This document shows positions 9,412 through 20,566 of a DNA stretch of 64,000 nucleotides, one piece after another. The stretch lies in assembly GCA_963702475.1 (NCBI GenBank), contig CAVPCT010000003.1, forward strand, positions 480,001 through 544,000, given 5' to 3'. The notes beneath the pieces were generated by a model that had not been told where the DNA came from, searched no databases, and was given only the letters and a program-made list of their open reading frames with translations. The DNA is from an uncultured Thermoleophilia bacterium (GTDB taxonomy: Bacteria; Actinomycetota; Thermoleophilia; UBA2241). The position numbers and the translations under genes are program-made. Position 1 is the stretch's first letter. Every line of letters begins with the position of its first letter.

Positions 9412-9556
9412 CGGCGGCTTCGCCACGAGACGGCGGGGCGCCTCCATTGGAGCCGCGGCTCGCGCGCCGCGCGCCGCTGCGCCTGAGGCCTCGCGTTTCG
9501 ACCCAGCGCACTGCCCCCCGAGGGAACGCTCTGGTAGAGTCGAACGAGACTCCACC

Positions 9557-10081
9557 ATGAGCGACGCCGCCAGCGCACACCCCGAGGTGCCCCGCGGCCC
9601 CGCCGATGATGTCCCGCGCGGCGCGGCCGAGCTCTTCGTCGGGTGCCTCGAGCGCGAGCGCGTCGAGTACGTGTTCGGCATCCCCGGCGAGGAGACCCTC
9701 GACCTGAGCGAGGCGCTGGACCACTCATCCTCCATCACCTTCGTCCCCGTGCGCCACGAGCAGAGCGCCGCCTTCATGGCCGACGCCTACGGCCGCCTCA
9801 CCGGCAGGCCCGGGGTGTGCCTCGCCACATTGGGCCCCGGCGCCACCAACCTGGCCACCGGCATCGGCGACGCCTTTATTGACAAGGCGCCACTCGTGGC
9901 CCTCGCGCGCTCCTTCGGGCTCGAGGGCGTACACGTACGGCGCGCCGGGGAGCTCCCGCAGGTTCTCGCCACGGCGTTGAGAGCTCCCGGTCCCGTACTC
10001 GTCGACATTCCGATAGACTACGCCGAGACTGAGAAGCTCGGCGTCGACTTGTGGAAACTCGCGCCGGAAGCACTCATCTAG
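9557..10081 (+). pseudogene. Acetolactate-synthase-like TPP enzyme with large in-frame internal deletion (174 aa)
   Basis: N-terminal VFGIPGEE/RHEQSAAFMA/TLGPGATN domain joined directly to the extreme C-terminal VALARSFG...GPVLVDIPIDY. Central domain and GDG TPP motif are absent. Confidence 0.7.
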
Positions 10082-10322
10082 AAGTTGCACAATCTTCATC
10101 GGGGGGGTCCGTATGGAAGAGCTGCTTCTGACTGAAGGGCCGAAGCGACCACGCGTGCGGGCGAACACTGCAGTGGTAGCCGTGTCCACGCGCGTCCGCC
10201 GAAGGGAACGGGTCTCTGCCGCGCCGTCATCTTGGCGGGCTTCGACGCGACTACTGCGACGCGCGCGGCCGTCGGGTGCCTGGACCATGCCGGACTGCCG
10301 AACGACGAAGTGGGGGGGATAG

Positions 10323-12014
10323 ATGGCTACGGAGCAAAGACGATCGGTCGCCGTGGACCTCGAGCAGCACGGCCTCAAGCAGCACCACGTCGGGGTGTGG
10401 ACGGTCGTGTTCATGATCTTCTGCCTGTGCGCGGCGGGCGCCTACGGCATCGAGGAGATGATCCCCTCCGCGGGTCCGGGGCTGTCCCTCGTCATGCTCA
10501 TGGTCCTGCCCTTCGTCTGGGCGCTGCCCTTCGGCCTGGTGGCCTCCGAGCTCGGCTCGGTCAGGCCCCAGGAGGGCGGCTACTACAAGTGGGTGCAGGA
10601 GGCGCTCGGGGAGTTCTGGGGGTTCCAGGCCGGCTGGTGGAGGACCATCTCCATCTACATCGACAACACCCTCTACGTCATCCTCGCCGGCGGTTACGTC
10701 GCCTCCGAATGGGGCCTGAACGGCACTGAGGAGTTCCTGCTCAAGGCGGGGATCATCATCATCTTCACGTACATCAACATCCGCGGCATCAGAGACGTCG
10801 GCATCATCAGCTCGGTCCTCTCGATCCTGGTGATCGTGGCGTTCGGTCTGGTCGCGATCGCGGGCTTCACGAACTGGAACATGAACCCCTTCAGCCCGTT
10901 CACGGCGCACGGGGACATCCTGGGCGTGTCGGGCCTCGCCTTCGCCGACTGGGTCACGTTCATCGGCGCCGGGATCGCCATCGGCCTGTGGATGTACTCG
11001 GGCTACGAGTCGATGTCCACGGTGGCCGGTGAGCTCAAGGACCCCCAGGTCATCCCCAAGGCCACCCTCATCGTCATCCCGATCATCATGGCCGTCTACA
11101 TCCTCCCCACGCTGGCGGGCCTGGGCTCGATCGACAGCTGGGAGGAGTGGGGCACCACGGCGGATTCGATCGGGTACGCGGACGTGGTCACCGCAGCCTG
11201 GGGCGGGGGATTCGGCATCTTCTTCGTGATCGTCGCCGTGCTGGCCCAGTGTTCGATCTACAACACCTACATCGCGTCGGGCTCGCGGGGGTTCTTCGCC
11301 CTGGCCGACGACCACCTGGCTCCCCCGATCATGGTGAAGTGCGACAAGAAGCGCGGCGTGCCGTATGTCGCGGTGCTGTCGGTCGGGATCGTCAACCTGA
11401 TCCTGGTGAATTTCGCATTCACCACCATCGTCATCGTCGACGTGTTCCTGCTGATCTCCTCGTACATCCTGGTGTACATCTCCGCCATGATCCTGAGGAA
11501 GAGGATCCCCAAGGAGGAGTACAAGTTCAGGATTCCCGGCGGGTACTGGTTCCTGTGCGTGCTCTGCATCGTGCCCATCGTCATCGCCGTGACCGCGTTC
11601 TTCATCAACGGTACGGACTTCTTCATCGGCGGGATGCTGGGCATCACGTCTGGACCGATCCTCTACGTGATCTGGAAGAAGATGTACGGCGGCCTCGCCA
11701 AGAAGGACCCGGTGCAGTACCCGGTCAATCGCAAGACGGGCCTCGCACACGGTGACCTGAAGAGGATCGCGGGGATGTTCTCCATGCTCGCGATCGTGGG
11801 TTTCGTCGCCTACCCGTGGCTGAAGTGGTTCGAGGGTGACTGGGCGGAGGAGTACTACGCCGAGACGTACGGCTCCGGGTTCCTGGGGAACTTCGGGTAC
11901 ATGCTGACGGCCATCCTGATCACCGCCGGAGTCTTCCTGGCGATCGCCGTGGTGTGCTACATCGCGGCCATCAGGGTCGAGCCGAAGAAGGGGTCGCCGC
12001 CGCCGAGCGCTTGA
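10323..12014 (+). CDS. APC-family amino acid/polyamine permease
   Basis: About 14 TM helices; GAYGIE, ELGSVRPQEGGYYKWV, YSGYES motifs. Confidence 0.9.
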   Translation: MATEQRRSVAVDLEQHGLKQHHVGVWTVVFMIFCLCAAGAYGIEEMIPSAGPGLSLVMLMVLPFVWALPFGLVASELGSVRPQEGGYYKWVQEALGEFWGFQAGWWRTISIYIDNTLYVILAGGYVASEWGLNGTEEFLLKAGIIIIFTYINIRGIRDVGIISSVLSILVIVAFGLVAIAGFTNWNMNPFSPFTAHGDILGVSGLAFADWVTFIGAGIAIGLWMYSGYESMSTVAGELKDPQVIPKATLIVIPIIMAVYILPTLAGLGSIDSWEEWGTTADSIGYADVVTAAWGGGFGIFFVIVAVLAQCSIYNTYIASGSRGFFALADDHLAPPIMVKCDKKRGVPYVAVLSVGIVNLILVNFAFTTIVIVDVFLLISSYILVYISAMILRKRIPKEEYKFRIPGGYWFLCVLCIVPIVIAVTAFFINGTDFFIGGMLGITSGPILYVIWKKMYGGLAKKDPVQYPVNRKTGLAHGDLKRIAGMFSMLAIVGFVAYPWLKWFEGDWAEEYYAETYGSGFLGNFGYMLTAILITAGVFLAIAVVCYIAAIRVEPKKGSPPPSA

Positions 12015-12021
12015 GGGATGC

Positions 12022-12065
12022 GGCGGGCTCGACGAGGGGTGCGCCGCAGGGGCACCGCTCAGTGA
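12022..12065. repeat. Palindromic intergenic repeat, copy 1
   Basis: About 38/44 nt identical to 23584-23626; hairpin core gaggggtgcgcc-gca-ggggcaccgctc. Confidence 0.7.
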
Positions 12066-12084
12066 CCGACGGAAGAGGTCTCAA

Positions 12085-12120
12085 CGAGGGGCGGGCGGCC
12101 GAAGGGCCGCCCGCCCCTCG
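12085..12120. terminator. GC-rich hairpin between convergent genes (probable bidirectional terminator)
   Basis: Perfect 16-bp stem cgaggggcgggcggcc-gaag-ggccgcccgcccctcg. Confidence 0.7.
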
Positions 12121-12124
12121 CCGT

Positions 12125-12538
12125 TCAAGGCTCCAGCGGCGTGACCGCAACGTGCGGCGCGGATCGCTCCTCCGGACCGTGGAACACGGCCTCCACGTTG
12201 TTGCCGTCCGGGTCGAGCACGTAGGCGGCGTAGTAGCCGGCATGGTACGGGCGTTCGCCCGGCGCCCCGTTGTCGGTGCCGCCGGCGGCCACTGTCGCGG
12301 CGTGGAATCGGCGCACCGTCTCACGGTCGGCGGCCTGGAAGGCGAGGTGCACCGAGGAGACCAGTCCGTCGGCGGCGCTCACGAAGAGCTCGTCGGCCTC
12401 GAAGAAGTCCGGCCCCTCCGTGAGCGTGATGGGCGGCTCCAGCGCGCCGAGCGCCGCCCGGTAGAAGACCTTGCTCCGCTCGAGGTCGGCGACCGTCAGA
12501 TGCACGTGGTCGAGCAGCCTGCCGGTGTAGTACACCAT
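12125..12538 (-). CDS. VOC/glyoxalase family protein
   Basis: LDHVHLTVADLERSKVFY, HLAFQA, YYAAYVLDPDGNNVEAV; SD GGAGG. Confidence 0.9.
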   Translation of the reverse strand: MVYYTGRLLDHVHLTVADLERSKVFYRAALGALEPPITLTEGPDFFEADELFVSAADGLVSSVHLAFQAADRETVRRFHAATVAAGGTDNGAPGERPYHAGYYAAYVLDPDGNNVEAVFHGPEERSAPHVAVTPLEP

Positions 12539-12557
12539 CGCCCGTCCTCCCGGCCGG

Positions 12558-12995
12558 TCACGCCTCCAGCAGGATCGTGACGGGCCCGTCGTTGACGAGC
12601 TCGACCTGCATGCGTGCGCCGAACACGCCGGTCTCGACCGGCACGCCCTCGGCGCGCAAGGCCGCCACGAAGGCGTCGTACACTGCCTCGCCGACGTCCG
12701 GCGCGGCCGCCGCGACGAAGCTGGGGCGGTTGCCCTTGCGCGCGTCGGCGTAGAGCGTGAACTGGGAGACGGCCAGCACGGCGCCGTCAACGTCCGGCAG
12801 GGCGAGGTTCATGAGGCCGGCCCCGTCGGTGAACACGCGGAGCCTGGCGGTCTTGCCGGCCAGCTTCGCCGCCGTCTCGGCCGTGTCGCCGTGCGTCACG
12901 CCGACGAGCGCGAGGAAACCCCGGCCCACGGAGCCGACGACCTCGCCGTCCACCGAGACGGCGCTGCTGCTCACTCGTTGGATCAGGATCCGCAT
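12558..12995 (-). CDS. dtd: D-aminoacyl-tRNA deacylase
   Basis: [25 protein letters not shown]. Confidence 0.96.
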   Translation of the reverse strand: MRILIQRVSSSAVSVDGEVVGSVGRGFLALVGVTHGDTAETAAKLAGKTARLRVFTDGAGLMNLALPDVDGAVLAVSQFTLYADARKGNRPSFVAAAAPDVGEAVYDAFVAALRAEGVPVETGVFGARMQVELVNDGPVTILLEA

Positions 12996-13048
12996 AAGCC
13001 AAGTCTAGACGGCCGGTGCCGGATTCCGCCAGCCGGCCCGATGCCGGC

Positions 13049-13075
13049 CCGGCACTCAGGAGGCGCGAGTGCGGG
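13049..13075. promoter_or_regulatory. Degenerate second CIRCE-like operator
   Basis: ccgGCACTC-N9-GAGTGCggg; inner 6+6 bp and 9-nt spacer match CIRCE. Confidence 0.55.
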
Positions 13076-13170
13076 ATTCCCGCCAGCGCCCGTATCGATG
13101 CACGAAACCCGTGCAAACGGACGCTTTCCGTCAGGTCCGTCCGGCGCCGTCGCGAGCGTCCGGTGATGGT

Positions 13171-13199
13171 TTGACTTGCACGGATCCGGGACATACGAT
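13171..13199 (+). promoter_or_regulatory. Sigma70-type promoter of groES-groEL
   Basis: TTGACT-17 nt-TACGAT. Confidence 0.8.
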
Positions 13200-13215
13200 A
13201 GCGACCCCGTGTGAC

Positions 13216-13242
13216 TTAGCACTCTCGTCGTGAGAGTGCCAG
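13216..13242. promoter_or_regulatory. CIRCE element (HrcA operator)
   Basis: TTAGCACTC-tcgtcgtga-GAGTGCCAG, between the promoter and groES. Confidence 0.93.
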
Positions 13243-13275
13243 AACTGTAGACGAGACAAAGAGGAGGGTTGCTGC

Positions 13276-13569
13276 ATGAAGCTCAAGCCGCTCGAGGACC
13301 GCGTCATCATCAAGGCGGTCAAGGAAGAGGAGAAGACCGCCAGCGGTATCGTGCTGCCCGACACGGCCAAAGAGAAGCCGATGATGGGCGAGGTCGTCGC
13401 CGTAGGCGACGGCAAGTGGGACGACGAGGGCAAGAAGCGCATCCCGGTCGACGTCAAGACCGGCGACAAGGTCATCTACGGCAAGTACTCGGGCACCGAG
13501 TACAAGACGACCGATGGTGACGAACTGCTGATCCTGCGCGCCAGCGAGATCCTGGCCGTGGTCAAGTAA
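13276..13569 (+). CDS. groES: Co-chaperonin GroES
   Basis: [25 protein letters not shown]. Confidence 0.98.
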   Translation: MKLKPLEDRVIIKAVKEEEKTASGIVLPDTAKEKPMMGEVVAVGDGKWDDEGKKRIPVDVKTGDKVIYGKYSGTEYKTTDGDELLILRASEILAVVK

Positions 13570-13583
13570 GAAAGGGAGGCTGA

Positions 13584-15221
<1,638 letters not shown>

Positions 15222-15312
15222 GCCGACGCAGCCTTCGGCCGGTCGGCCAGAAACCTCGCCTACGGCGGGTTCTGATCGGCCAGTGTCGCTCGGAAGAAGC
15301 GTCTTTCGCGTC

Positions 15313-15345
15313 GCGGCGGGCGGGCCCATCGGGCCCGCCCGCCGC
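15313..15345. terminator. Hairpin between convergent groEL and cyclase genes
   Basis: Perfect 15-bp stem gcggcgggcgggccc-atc-gggcccgcccgccgc. Confidence 0.7.
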
Positions 15346-15353
15346 TTCCGTTC

Positions 15354-16700
15354 TCAGGGCGCGGACGGCGGGAGCGCGGCGAAGAGTCGCCACTTCTCAG
15401 GCACGCCCTTGAGCACGTGCTCGCCGCGGTCCTCGAAGACGAGACCCGAGCCGGCCACGAGGTCCTTGACGGTGGACGACACCAGGACCTCGGAGGGTCC
15501 GGCGAGCGCCGCGACGCGGGCGCCGATGTGCACGGCGATGCCGCCCACGTCGGCGCCCAGCAGCTCGATCTCGCCGGTGTGGCAGCCGGCGCGCATCTCG
15601 ACGCCCAGCTCCCGCGCAGCGACACAGATCGCCTGCGCACAGCGCACGGCCAGCGCGGGCCTCTCGAACGACGCCAGGAACCCGTCGCCGGTCGTCTTGA
15701 CCTCGCACCCGCCGAAACGTGCGAGCGCCTGTCTCGTCGCGGCGTCGTGTCGCTGGAGCAGAGCCTTCCAGCGGGCGTCGCCGATGTCGCAGGCCGCAGC
15801 AGTCGAGCCGACGATGTCCGTGAAGAGCACGGTCAGGAGTCGCCGGTCCGGCTCAGGCGCAGGGGGAGAGACGCCCGCGAAGTCACGGATGGCGTCGATC
15901 ACGGACCTCCAGTCGCCGAGGAACTCCAGGCAGTCGCGGCCGGGCAGCACCACCCGCCGGCAGCCGGGGATGAGCGACGCGGCGTACTCGCCCTCCTCCG
16001 GCACCGTCTCGTCGCGGTCGATGACGAGCGCCGGCACGTTCAGCGTGGGGAGCACGAGGCGCACGTCGATCTCCCACAGCAGGCGCGTGACCTCGAGCGC
16101 CATTCTCGGGGACGTCTCCTGCCGCATCAGCTTCGCTATCTGCGCGGCCAGGCCCGGGTCTGCTGCGAGGCTCGGGTTGTCCCGCTCGTAGTAGGTGTGG
16201 ACCGGCGCGTCCCCGCCCCAGTCTGCCGCCACCGCCGCATCCTCAGTCGTCCGCTGTTCGGGCCGTTGCCCCCAGGGGTAGTCCGGCGCCCACGCGTGTC
16301 GGGGAGTCGGGAGGTACCAGACGAGACCTGTCACGCGCTCCGGGTGCGCGGCCGCCAGGAGCGAGGCCACGGCCCCGGACTGCATGCTCCCCTTCAGGAC
16401 GGCCCTGGCCGACCCGGCCGCGTCCATCACCGAGCGAGCATCCTCCGCCCACGACTCCAGGGTGAGCGGACCGTCCGGAGGGTCGGAGAGGCCCATCCCT
16501 CGCGGGTCGTGCAGGATGAGCCGGGAGAACGAGGCCAGCGCCTCAAAGTACCGGGCCGTGAAGCCGACCTCCCACACCGCCTCGATACTCCCGAATCCAC
16601 CGAAGGACAGAAGGTCTGCCGGCCCAGTGCCGACCACCTGGTAAGCGATCGACAGCCCGTCGGGGGTCTTCGCGTAACGCGTCTTGGGCTGCAGGGTCAT
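15354..16700 (-). CDS. Alpha/beta-hydrolase-fold plus class III adenylate/guanylate cyclase (LipJ/Rv1900c-like)
   Basis: TRYAKTPDGLSIAYQVVG, DPRGMGLSD; cyclase motifs TVLFTDIVGST, EVKTTGDGF, AVHIGARV, LKGVP. Start at ATG 16700. Confidence 0.9.
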   Translation of the reverse strand: MTLQPKTRYAKTPDGLSIAYQVVGTGPADLLSFGGFGSIEAVWEVGFTARYFEALASFSRLILHDPRGMGLSDPPDGPLTLESWAEDARSVMDAAGSARAVLKGSMQSGAVASLLAAAHPERVTGLVWYLPTPRHAWAPDYPWGQRPEQRTTEDAAVAADWGGDAPVHTYYERDNPSLAADPGLAAQIAKLMRQETSPRMALEVTRLLWEIDVRLVLPTLNVPALVIDRDETVPEEGEYAASLIPGCRRVVLPGRDCLEFLGDWRSVIDAIRDFAGVSPPAPEPDRRLLTVLFTDIVGSTAAACDIGDARWKALLQRHDAATRQALARFGGCEVKTTGDGFLASFERPALAVRCAQAICVAARELGVEMRAGCHTGEIELLGADVGGIAVHIGARVAALAGPSEVLVSSTVKDLVAGSGLVFEDRGEHVLKGVPEKWRLFAALPPSAP

Positions 16701-16710
16701 GCTCGGCGCC

Positions 16711-17664
16711 TCAAGCCCGGGTGCTCTCCTGCATGTCGCGGACGGTGCGGACAAGGCCCTGCAGCAGGCCCACGGCGATCCCGGGCTCCGCCTTGAGCAG
16801 CTTCTGGAAGTCCCTGCGCCCGACCTTGGCGGTCGTGAGCTCGCCGACCGCCGACACTGTTGCCGAGCGCGGCGCGCCGTCGATGAGAGCGAGCTCGCCG
16901 AAGCAGTCGTCGGGGCCGAGCAGGCGCAGGTGACCGCCCGGCGTGCGCACGCGAGCGGATCCGTCCAGGACGACATACATGGCGTCGCCACGCATTCCGG
17001 CGACCACCACGGTGGCGCCGTCCGGAAAGCGCACCACGCTGAAGAGCGCGGCTACGCGGCGCAAGTGCTGGTCAGGCAGCGCCGCGAACAGATCCACGTG
17101 CCGCAGCAGCAGCAGCCACCCGAGCGCATCGCGCCCCTCCAGAAAGTCGCCGGCCCGGTCGCTGGCGAGCGGAGTCTCGCCCTCTGCCCGGCGCCACGCA
17201 CCCACCTGGCGGTGGTCCGGGATGTTGGACGCGTCAGCCCGCAAGAGGTCGCGAATCACCAGCACGATGCCCGGGAGCAGACTCACCGCGAGCTCCGGCT
17301 CCGAGGTCAGCAGCTCCGCAAAGGCCTCTCGCGGGATGCGCGCGAGGGTGACGCGCCCGACGGCCCGCACCGTGGCGGCTCGCGGCGCCCCGTCGATCAG
17401 GGAGAGCTCGCCGAAGTGATCGCCCGGGCCCAGCTCGGCGACGGCGCCCTGTTGCGTCTCCGCCTCGGCCTCCCCGGTGAGGATCACATAGAACGCGTCC
17501 CCGGCCTCACCGGCGCGCACGATCGGCCGGCCCGGCTCCACCTCGTCTATCACCGCCAGCTCGAGCACCCGGCGCCGGTGCCGTCTGCCGAGCCCCTGCA
17601 ACAAGGTCGTCCGCTCGAGCTCTCGCAGGCGCTCTCTGCCCGGCCCGGTCGTCGGTCCGCTCAT
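16711..17664 (-). CDS. Protein with two tandem cyclic-nucleotide-binding domains
   Basis: Two phosphate-binding cassettes FGELSLIDGAPRAATVRA and FGELALIDGAPRSATVSA; SD GGAGG before ATG 17664. Confidence 0.88.
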   Translation of the reverse strand: MSGPTTGPGRERLRELERTTLLQGLGRRHRRRVLELAVIDEVEPGRPIVRAGEAGDAFYVILTGEAEAETQQGAVAELGPGDHFGELSLIDGAPRAATVRAVGRVTLARIPREAFAELLTSEPELAVSLLPGIVLVIRDLLRADASNIPDHRQVGAWRRAEGETPLASDRAGDFLEGRDALGWLLLLRHVDLFAALPDQHLRRVAALFSVVRFPDGATVVVAGMRGDAMYVVLDGSARVRTPGGHLRLLGPDDCFGELALIDGAPRSATVSAVGELTTAKVGRRDFQKLLKAEPGIAVGLLQGLVRTVRDMQESTRA

Positions 17665-17886
17665 CGGTCCTCCGTTCATCGCCGGTGGCGGGTCCGCTCC
17701 TTGGACGGACTGCCGCCTGCGGTCGCAGGGCGAGCATAGTCGCGCCCACGGGCGCAGACAACGTCCTGCCCCGATGCCTTGACGTCGCCGACACACGACG
17801 CGTACCGTCCTGCGACATCACGGTGTCGCGGGCGGAGCCGCACGGCTCGGGTGTGGCGCCGGGGCAAGGACGACCCGGGAGGGGCC

Positions 17887-19742
17887 ATGTCGACGATGGT
17901 TCGCACGATGCTCGCCGTCCGTTCGCCCACCACGCTGCTCATCGCACTGGTGGTGGCCACGTGCGTCACGGCTTCGCTCACTGGACAGGCAACGGCGTCG
18001 CCGTCCCCCTCGCCCGCAGGGGAGACGCTCACCTTGCGCCTCGGCTGGACCGAGAGCCCGCTCAACCTGAACCCGTTCATCGGCTACAGCAACTCGTACG
18101 AGGTCTGGCTCCTCAATTACGACACCCTCGTGGCGGTCGGCGCCGACGGTGCGCCGTCCAAAGAGACCGGCCTCGCCGAAGACTGGACGCTCTCCGCTGA
18201 TGAGAAGGAGTGGACCTTCACGATCAGAGAGGGCGTCACGTGGCAGGACGGCGAGCCGCTCACGGCGCGCGACGTCGCCTGGACGTTCAACACCATCATC
18301 GAGAACGAGCTGAGCCTCGCGGTCTATCTGAAGGACGTGGAGAAGGCGGTCGCCGTCGACGACACCACGCTCAAGGTGTACTGCAGCGCGCCCAAAGCCA
18401 ACATGCTGCTCACGCAGGTGTACATCTACATCCTGCCCGAGCACCTCTGGGGCGGGCTCAGCGTGGATGAGCTCAGCACCACCTTCCGCAACCCGGTGCC
18501 GATCGTCGGTTCCGGCCCGTTCCGGACGGTCGAGTTCAAGAAGGACGACTACGTCAAGCTGGTCCGCAACCCCTCGTACTGGGGCAGGCAGCCGACCCTG
18601 GACGAGGTCATCTTCCAGTACTACACGAACTCGGACACGATGGTGCAGGACCTCAAGAGCGGCGCCATCGACGGCGCCCAGGTCATCCCGGCCACGCAGT
18701 TCGCGCAGCTGCAGAACGAGCCGGGCATCGAGGCCATCCCGTATCCGCTCTACAACTGGGAGTACGTCGACATCAACTGCTACGACAGCCCCGACTCGCT
18801 CGGCAACCCCGTCCTGACAGACCCCGGGTTCCGCGTGGCCATGGCGTGGGCGATCGACCGCGAGAAGTGCGCAAGCCTGGCCTGGAACGGTCTCGCGGAC
18901 CCGGGTTACGGCATCTTCCCCAAGAAGGGATGGCCGGCGACTGCCGATCCGTACTACCAGCCGGAAGCGGCTGAGACGATCGGCTTCGACCTGGAGAAGG
19001 CGAAGCAGCTGATGGACGAGGCCGGTTACACGGACACCGACGGGGACGGCATCCGCAACGACCCCAGGCACGGCGACGGCGACATCGAGCTGCGACTCTG
19101 GGCGCGCGATATCTCTCCGGAGAGCCAGGTGCAGGGCAAGCTCATAGCCGGCTGGCTCCAGGACATCGGCCTGGACATCGAGTACACGGTGGTCGACGAG
19201 GGCGCGCTGGGCGACAGCATCTGGAACTACAAGGGCGACACGTACGCGCCCGACTACGACCTCGCGCTGTGGGACTTCATGGGTTACATCGACCCCGGCG
19301 ACTCCGCGGCCTGCTTCACCACCGACCAGATCGAGAACTACAACGAGATGAACTGGTCCAACGCGGAGTACGACAGGCTCACCGAGGAGCAGTACCGAGA
19401 GATGGATCCCGCTGCGCGCATGGAACTGCTCAAGCAGGGCCAGGCGGTGATGTACGCGGAGCAGCCCATGATCGTCATCGACTACCCGTCGGTGCTCCAG
19501 GCTGTGAACGTCAGTCGCTGGGAGGGCTGGCAGCCGTACGTGGGCGGCAGCGTGTGGAACAACTTCCTCGATCGGCGGAGCTACATCGAGCTCGAAGCCG
19601 AAGGTCGGCGGAGGCGCCGGCGACGGAAGGCGGCGGCTCCTCCAACGCCGTCTGGTTCATCGTCCTCGTGGGAGTCCTCCTCGGCGTGGCGCTGATCGCC
19701 TGGGTCGTGCTGCGCCGCCGCGGACGCGCTCTCGAAGAATGA
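17887..19742 (+). CDS. Family-5 (Opp/Dpp) ABC substrate-binding protein with C-terminal TM anchor; apparent frameshift near 19593-19605
   Basis: LAEDW...WTFTIREGVTWQDGEPLTARDV, GSGPF, FRVAMAWAIDRE. A C-terminal TM helix plus RRR continues in another frame to stop 19742, overlapping the next start. Confidence 0.88.
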
Positions 19743-20566
19743 CCGCGCCCTCGCCACCGGGCGACTACCACGTGCACACCACGTGGTCGGACGGGACGGG
19801 CAGTGTCGAGGGCTGCGTCGCCCGCGCGGTCGACCTCGGCCTGCCCGAGCTTGGGATCGCCGACCACGTGTCGCCGGCGCCGCGGGCGGCTGAGGAGTGG
19901 TGGGTGCCGCTCGAGCGGCTCGGCGAGTACGTCGCCGACGTGCGCCGGGCCGCGGAGCGGCACGACGACATCGTGGTCCTGGCCGGCCTGGAGGCCGAGT
20001 TCGTCGTGGGACGCGAGGCCGGGCTGGACCTTCTGCTCGACGCGTACGCGTGGGACTACGTGGTGCTCGGCGTACACGAGGTCGACGGGTTCGTGTTCGA
20101 CGACCCCGACCTGCGCCGCGACGCGCGCTGGACGCGGCCCGACGAGCTGCTGGCCGCGTACTACCGTACGATGCGCCGCGCGGCCGAGTACGGTCGCGGC
20201 GACATCCTGGCCCACTTCGACTACATCGGGCTGTGGGGGCATGAGCCCGGGCCGGCCGTCCTGCCCGAAGTCGAGGCCGCGCTCGACGCCCTGGCGGCCT
20301 CGGGCGCGGCCCTCGAGCTGAACACCGACCGCATCAGCGACCCGGCCGGGGTCATGTACCCGTCGCGCGACATCCTCACCATGGCTCGCGAGCGCGGCAT
20401 CCCGCTCGTGATCGACTCGGACGCCCACGAGGCGGAGCACGTCGGCAGGCTCTGGGACGAGGCCATCAAGCACGCCCTGGCGGCCGGGTACCGCTCCACG
20501 CTGCGCATGTCGGACCGCGCACTCGTGCCGCTGCCCGCGTCGCCCCCCGAATGTGACGGCCCGTGA
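19739..20566 (+). CDS. PHP-domain phosphoesterase (HisJ-type histidinol-phosphatase family)
   Basis: DYHVHT, GIADH, GLEAE, LAHFD, ELNT, SDAH. Confidence 0.88.
   Translation: MTAPSPPGDYHVHTTWSDGTGSVEGCVARAVDLGLPELGIADHVSPAPRAAEEWWVPLERLGEYVADVRRAAERHDDIVVLAGLEAEFVVGREAGLDLLLDAYAWDYVVLGVHEVDGFVFDDPDLRRDARWTRPDELLAAYYRTMRRAAEYGRGDILAHFDYIGLWGHEPGPAVLPEVEAALDALAASGAALELNTDRISDPAGVMYPSRDILTMARERGIPLVIDSDAHEAEHVGRLWDEAIKHALAAGYRSTLRMSDRALVPLPASPPECDGP

Noticed and set aside
13081-13190. Possible 6S/Ms1-like ncRNA in the dtd-groES spacer
   Set aside because: Pairings are short, overlap the groES -35 element, and no separate promoter or terminator is evident.
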